Shown: positions 62,048 to 64,000 of the stretch, one piece after another
How the letters are laid out: each line of letters opens with the position of its first letter
Position numbering within the stretch: the first letter of the stretch is position 1
Assembly: GCA_044892505.1 (NCBI GenBank)
Contig: CM097883.1
Location: 440,572,001 to 440,636,000 of the forward strand
Length of the DNA stretch: 64,000 nt
Source: Schmidtea nova
Taxonomy: Eukaryota
Reading direction: 5' to 3'
Made by a program: the position numbers and the translations under genes
The notes under the pieces: model-generated
Databases searched by the model: none
What the model was told of the DNA's origin: nothing
Seen by the model: only the letters and a program-made list of their open reading frames with translations

Positions 62048-63182
62048 CGTGGTGCGGTCAAAAAGTTTCCGGCCTACCCCAGAAAAAAGTAAAAGCAAGA
62101 AACCACAACTATATTTTTATCAACACCAATACCATTACTTCTCGAACCAATTACCTCCGGCATCGACACACTTCTGCCAATGACCAGGGAGGGCTTCGAA
62201 TGCCCCATGGTAAAATGAGGGTGGAAGCTGGACAAAAATTCGATTTACAGCCTCCTCTAAATCGCCTGCATCCATGAAATACTGTCCCCGCTGTTGCTTC
62301 TTCAATTCCGTAAATAGGCAGTAATCTGAGGGAGCCAAATCATGGCTGTATGGAGGGTGGCTAATGATCTCGAAGCCACAGTCATTGAGTTTTGCTTGGG
62401 CAATGTGGCTGGTGTGAACTGGCACATTGTCATGTTGAAACCAGTGAGGGAGACCATATGGTTTTCGGTACTTTCTACGAGCTTGCGGCTTTCTCCATTC
62501 CATAGACTCCCGCTTTGATTCAGCCTGATGTAGGGGCAACGGTGTCTCGTCAACAGTGAGGATGTTTTGGGTAAATCTTTCTCCATACTTGCGGTAAATG
62601 GCGATGTTCATGAGACACGCATTCTTTCGGTTATTGCACATCTTAGTTGTCAAAAAGCGAGGCACAAAGCGAGACACTACCTTGTTGAAGTTAAGGTCAT
62701 TCAATAATTGCACTACGGTGCCGTGTGATATTTGTAAGGATTCTTCCAGCTGCCTGGTAGTTATACGGCGATCTTCCAGTACCATTTTCTCCAATTTTTC
62801 CTTCATTTCTCGAAGTCGTTGGTCGACCCTCTCGTTCCTCATCTGACACACTTTGCCGACCCCGTTTGAATTCAGCAATCCCAAACTTGATGGTAGACTG
62901 AGAGGGACACTTTTCGCCATAGGCTCAATTCAGATTTGCCATGATTTCCTGGTTGGTTTGGCCGAGAAGAACACAAAAGCGAATAGCACTGCGATACTCA
63001 ATTTTTTTCCAGCGAATGCACTTGCAACGACATTTCCATCTGCAACAGATAAAGTAAATGGATTAGGTCAATAAGATTTTCAACATGAAATTGTCAATAA
63101 ATTTCCAATAAAATAAACCTATTTCCATTAAAAAATCAATTTGTTAAGTAGGGTAGGCCGGAAACTTTTTGACCGCACCACG
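62048..63182 (-). mobile_element. mariner (DD34D) transposon, defective
   Basis: Perfect 32-bp TIRs cgtggtgcggtcaaaaagtttccggcctaccc and a TA TSD. The transposase has RFVPRFLT, TVDET and HDN-34 aa-D (HPPYSHDLAPSDYCLF). The N-terminus is frameshifted and the segment between the first two Asp residues is deleted. Confidence 0.95.
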
Positions 63183-63444
63183 TATTTATCATTCGTTCGG
63201 CAGCATTTATGATGATTTAATTAAATACCACTAAGATCTCTTATTTTCGCCTTTGATCTTTTCTTTTCTATTTCAGAAATTATTATTTTTTTAGATTAAA
63301 TAAAAAAGACTTATGTATGTGAATATTTGTCAGCCTTTTTATCTTGAAAATACACATTTTTGAAAAGATGCATAGGAAACTTTTGCACATTTTTAATAAA
63401 TATGAAATTTAAAATGTTATTTTCATTTTACAAATAAAAACCAA

Positions 63445-63745
63445 GAGAATAATTATTTTATTGTGTTGTGAAATAAATAAACTGTAAAACAAATTAAAAA
63501 AACTTTAATTAATTAATTTTATTTAGAATCTTAATTTAATTTTATTTTTTTTATTAATTTTTTAATAATATTATTTATTAATTATTATTAATTTTATTTC
63601 TAATTTTATTTTATTAATTTTTTTAAATTTTATAAACTTAAATTTTTTTAAATTTTATTAGAATCTTAATTTTATATAATTAATTTAAGTTTGGTTTATT
63701 TATTTTACAGTTTATTTATTTTACACCATAGAATAATTATTTTAT
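63445..63745. repeat. AT-rich imperfect inverted repeat
   Basis: aataattatt..gtgaaataaataaactgtaaaa pairs with ttttacagtttatttattttacac..aataattatt. Confidence 0.55.
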
Positions 63746-64000
63746 GAATTCCCGTATTTTTAATTAATACGCTATATCACTGTTTTCAGCCGCCGGTCTG
63801 TACAAGCTTAATTAATATAAAACTTTAACGCAGAAAACGCATCGATTTAGTAAAAGCATGATAACAGAAGTATTGTCAGACGTTGCGAGTTATAATATGT
63901 TTTTGACGCGCGTTTGGTCATTTCTTACGTTTTGCGGAATTCGGGTTAGAAGTAAAAACAGATTTCAGAGGTACGCGTAAAAAACAAAATATTATTCAGT

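Overview
AT-rich eukaryotic genomic DNA with many N blocks; an 18S fragment and the intron style look like a triclad flatworm, which is inference only. Two spliced + strand host genes can be reconstructed by hand. One is a complete 12-exon NAT10/Kre33 RNA cytidine acetyltransferase (4792-16171, about 921 aa). The other is a LIV-1-family (ZIP6/ZIP10-like) zinc transporter (17398 to beyond 52207; last exon not found). Their long introns hold transposon debris (Gypsy, hAT and hAT MITEs, mariner, pogo/Tigger, piggyBac, Ginger1 with a Ulp1 fragment, a Merlin-like MITE) and an 18S rRNA fragment. The dominant system is a young Penelope-like retroelement (PLE, RT + GIY-YIG). It forms a ~5.5 kb head-to-head palindrome (56.2-61.7 kb) and about 19 pseudo-LTR pieces in all. 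Its pseudo-LTR carries a minimal type I hammerhead-ribozyme-like motif in which the core C3-G8 pair is replaced by U3-A8. Two older palindromic repeats carry the same type of motif with C3-G8 (23 kb) and G3-C8 (54 kb). These insertions repeatedly show 5'-to-5' joined arms with 3' ends pointing outward, and the young family's 3' ends run into (ATT/AAT)n microsatellites. All calls were made by eye; no alignments, folding or database searches were run.
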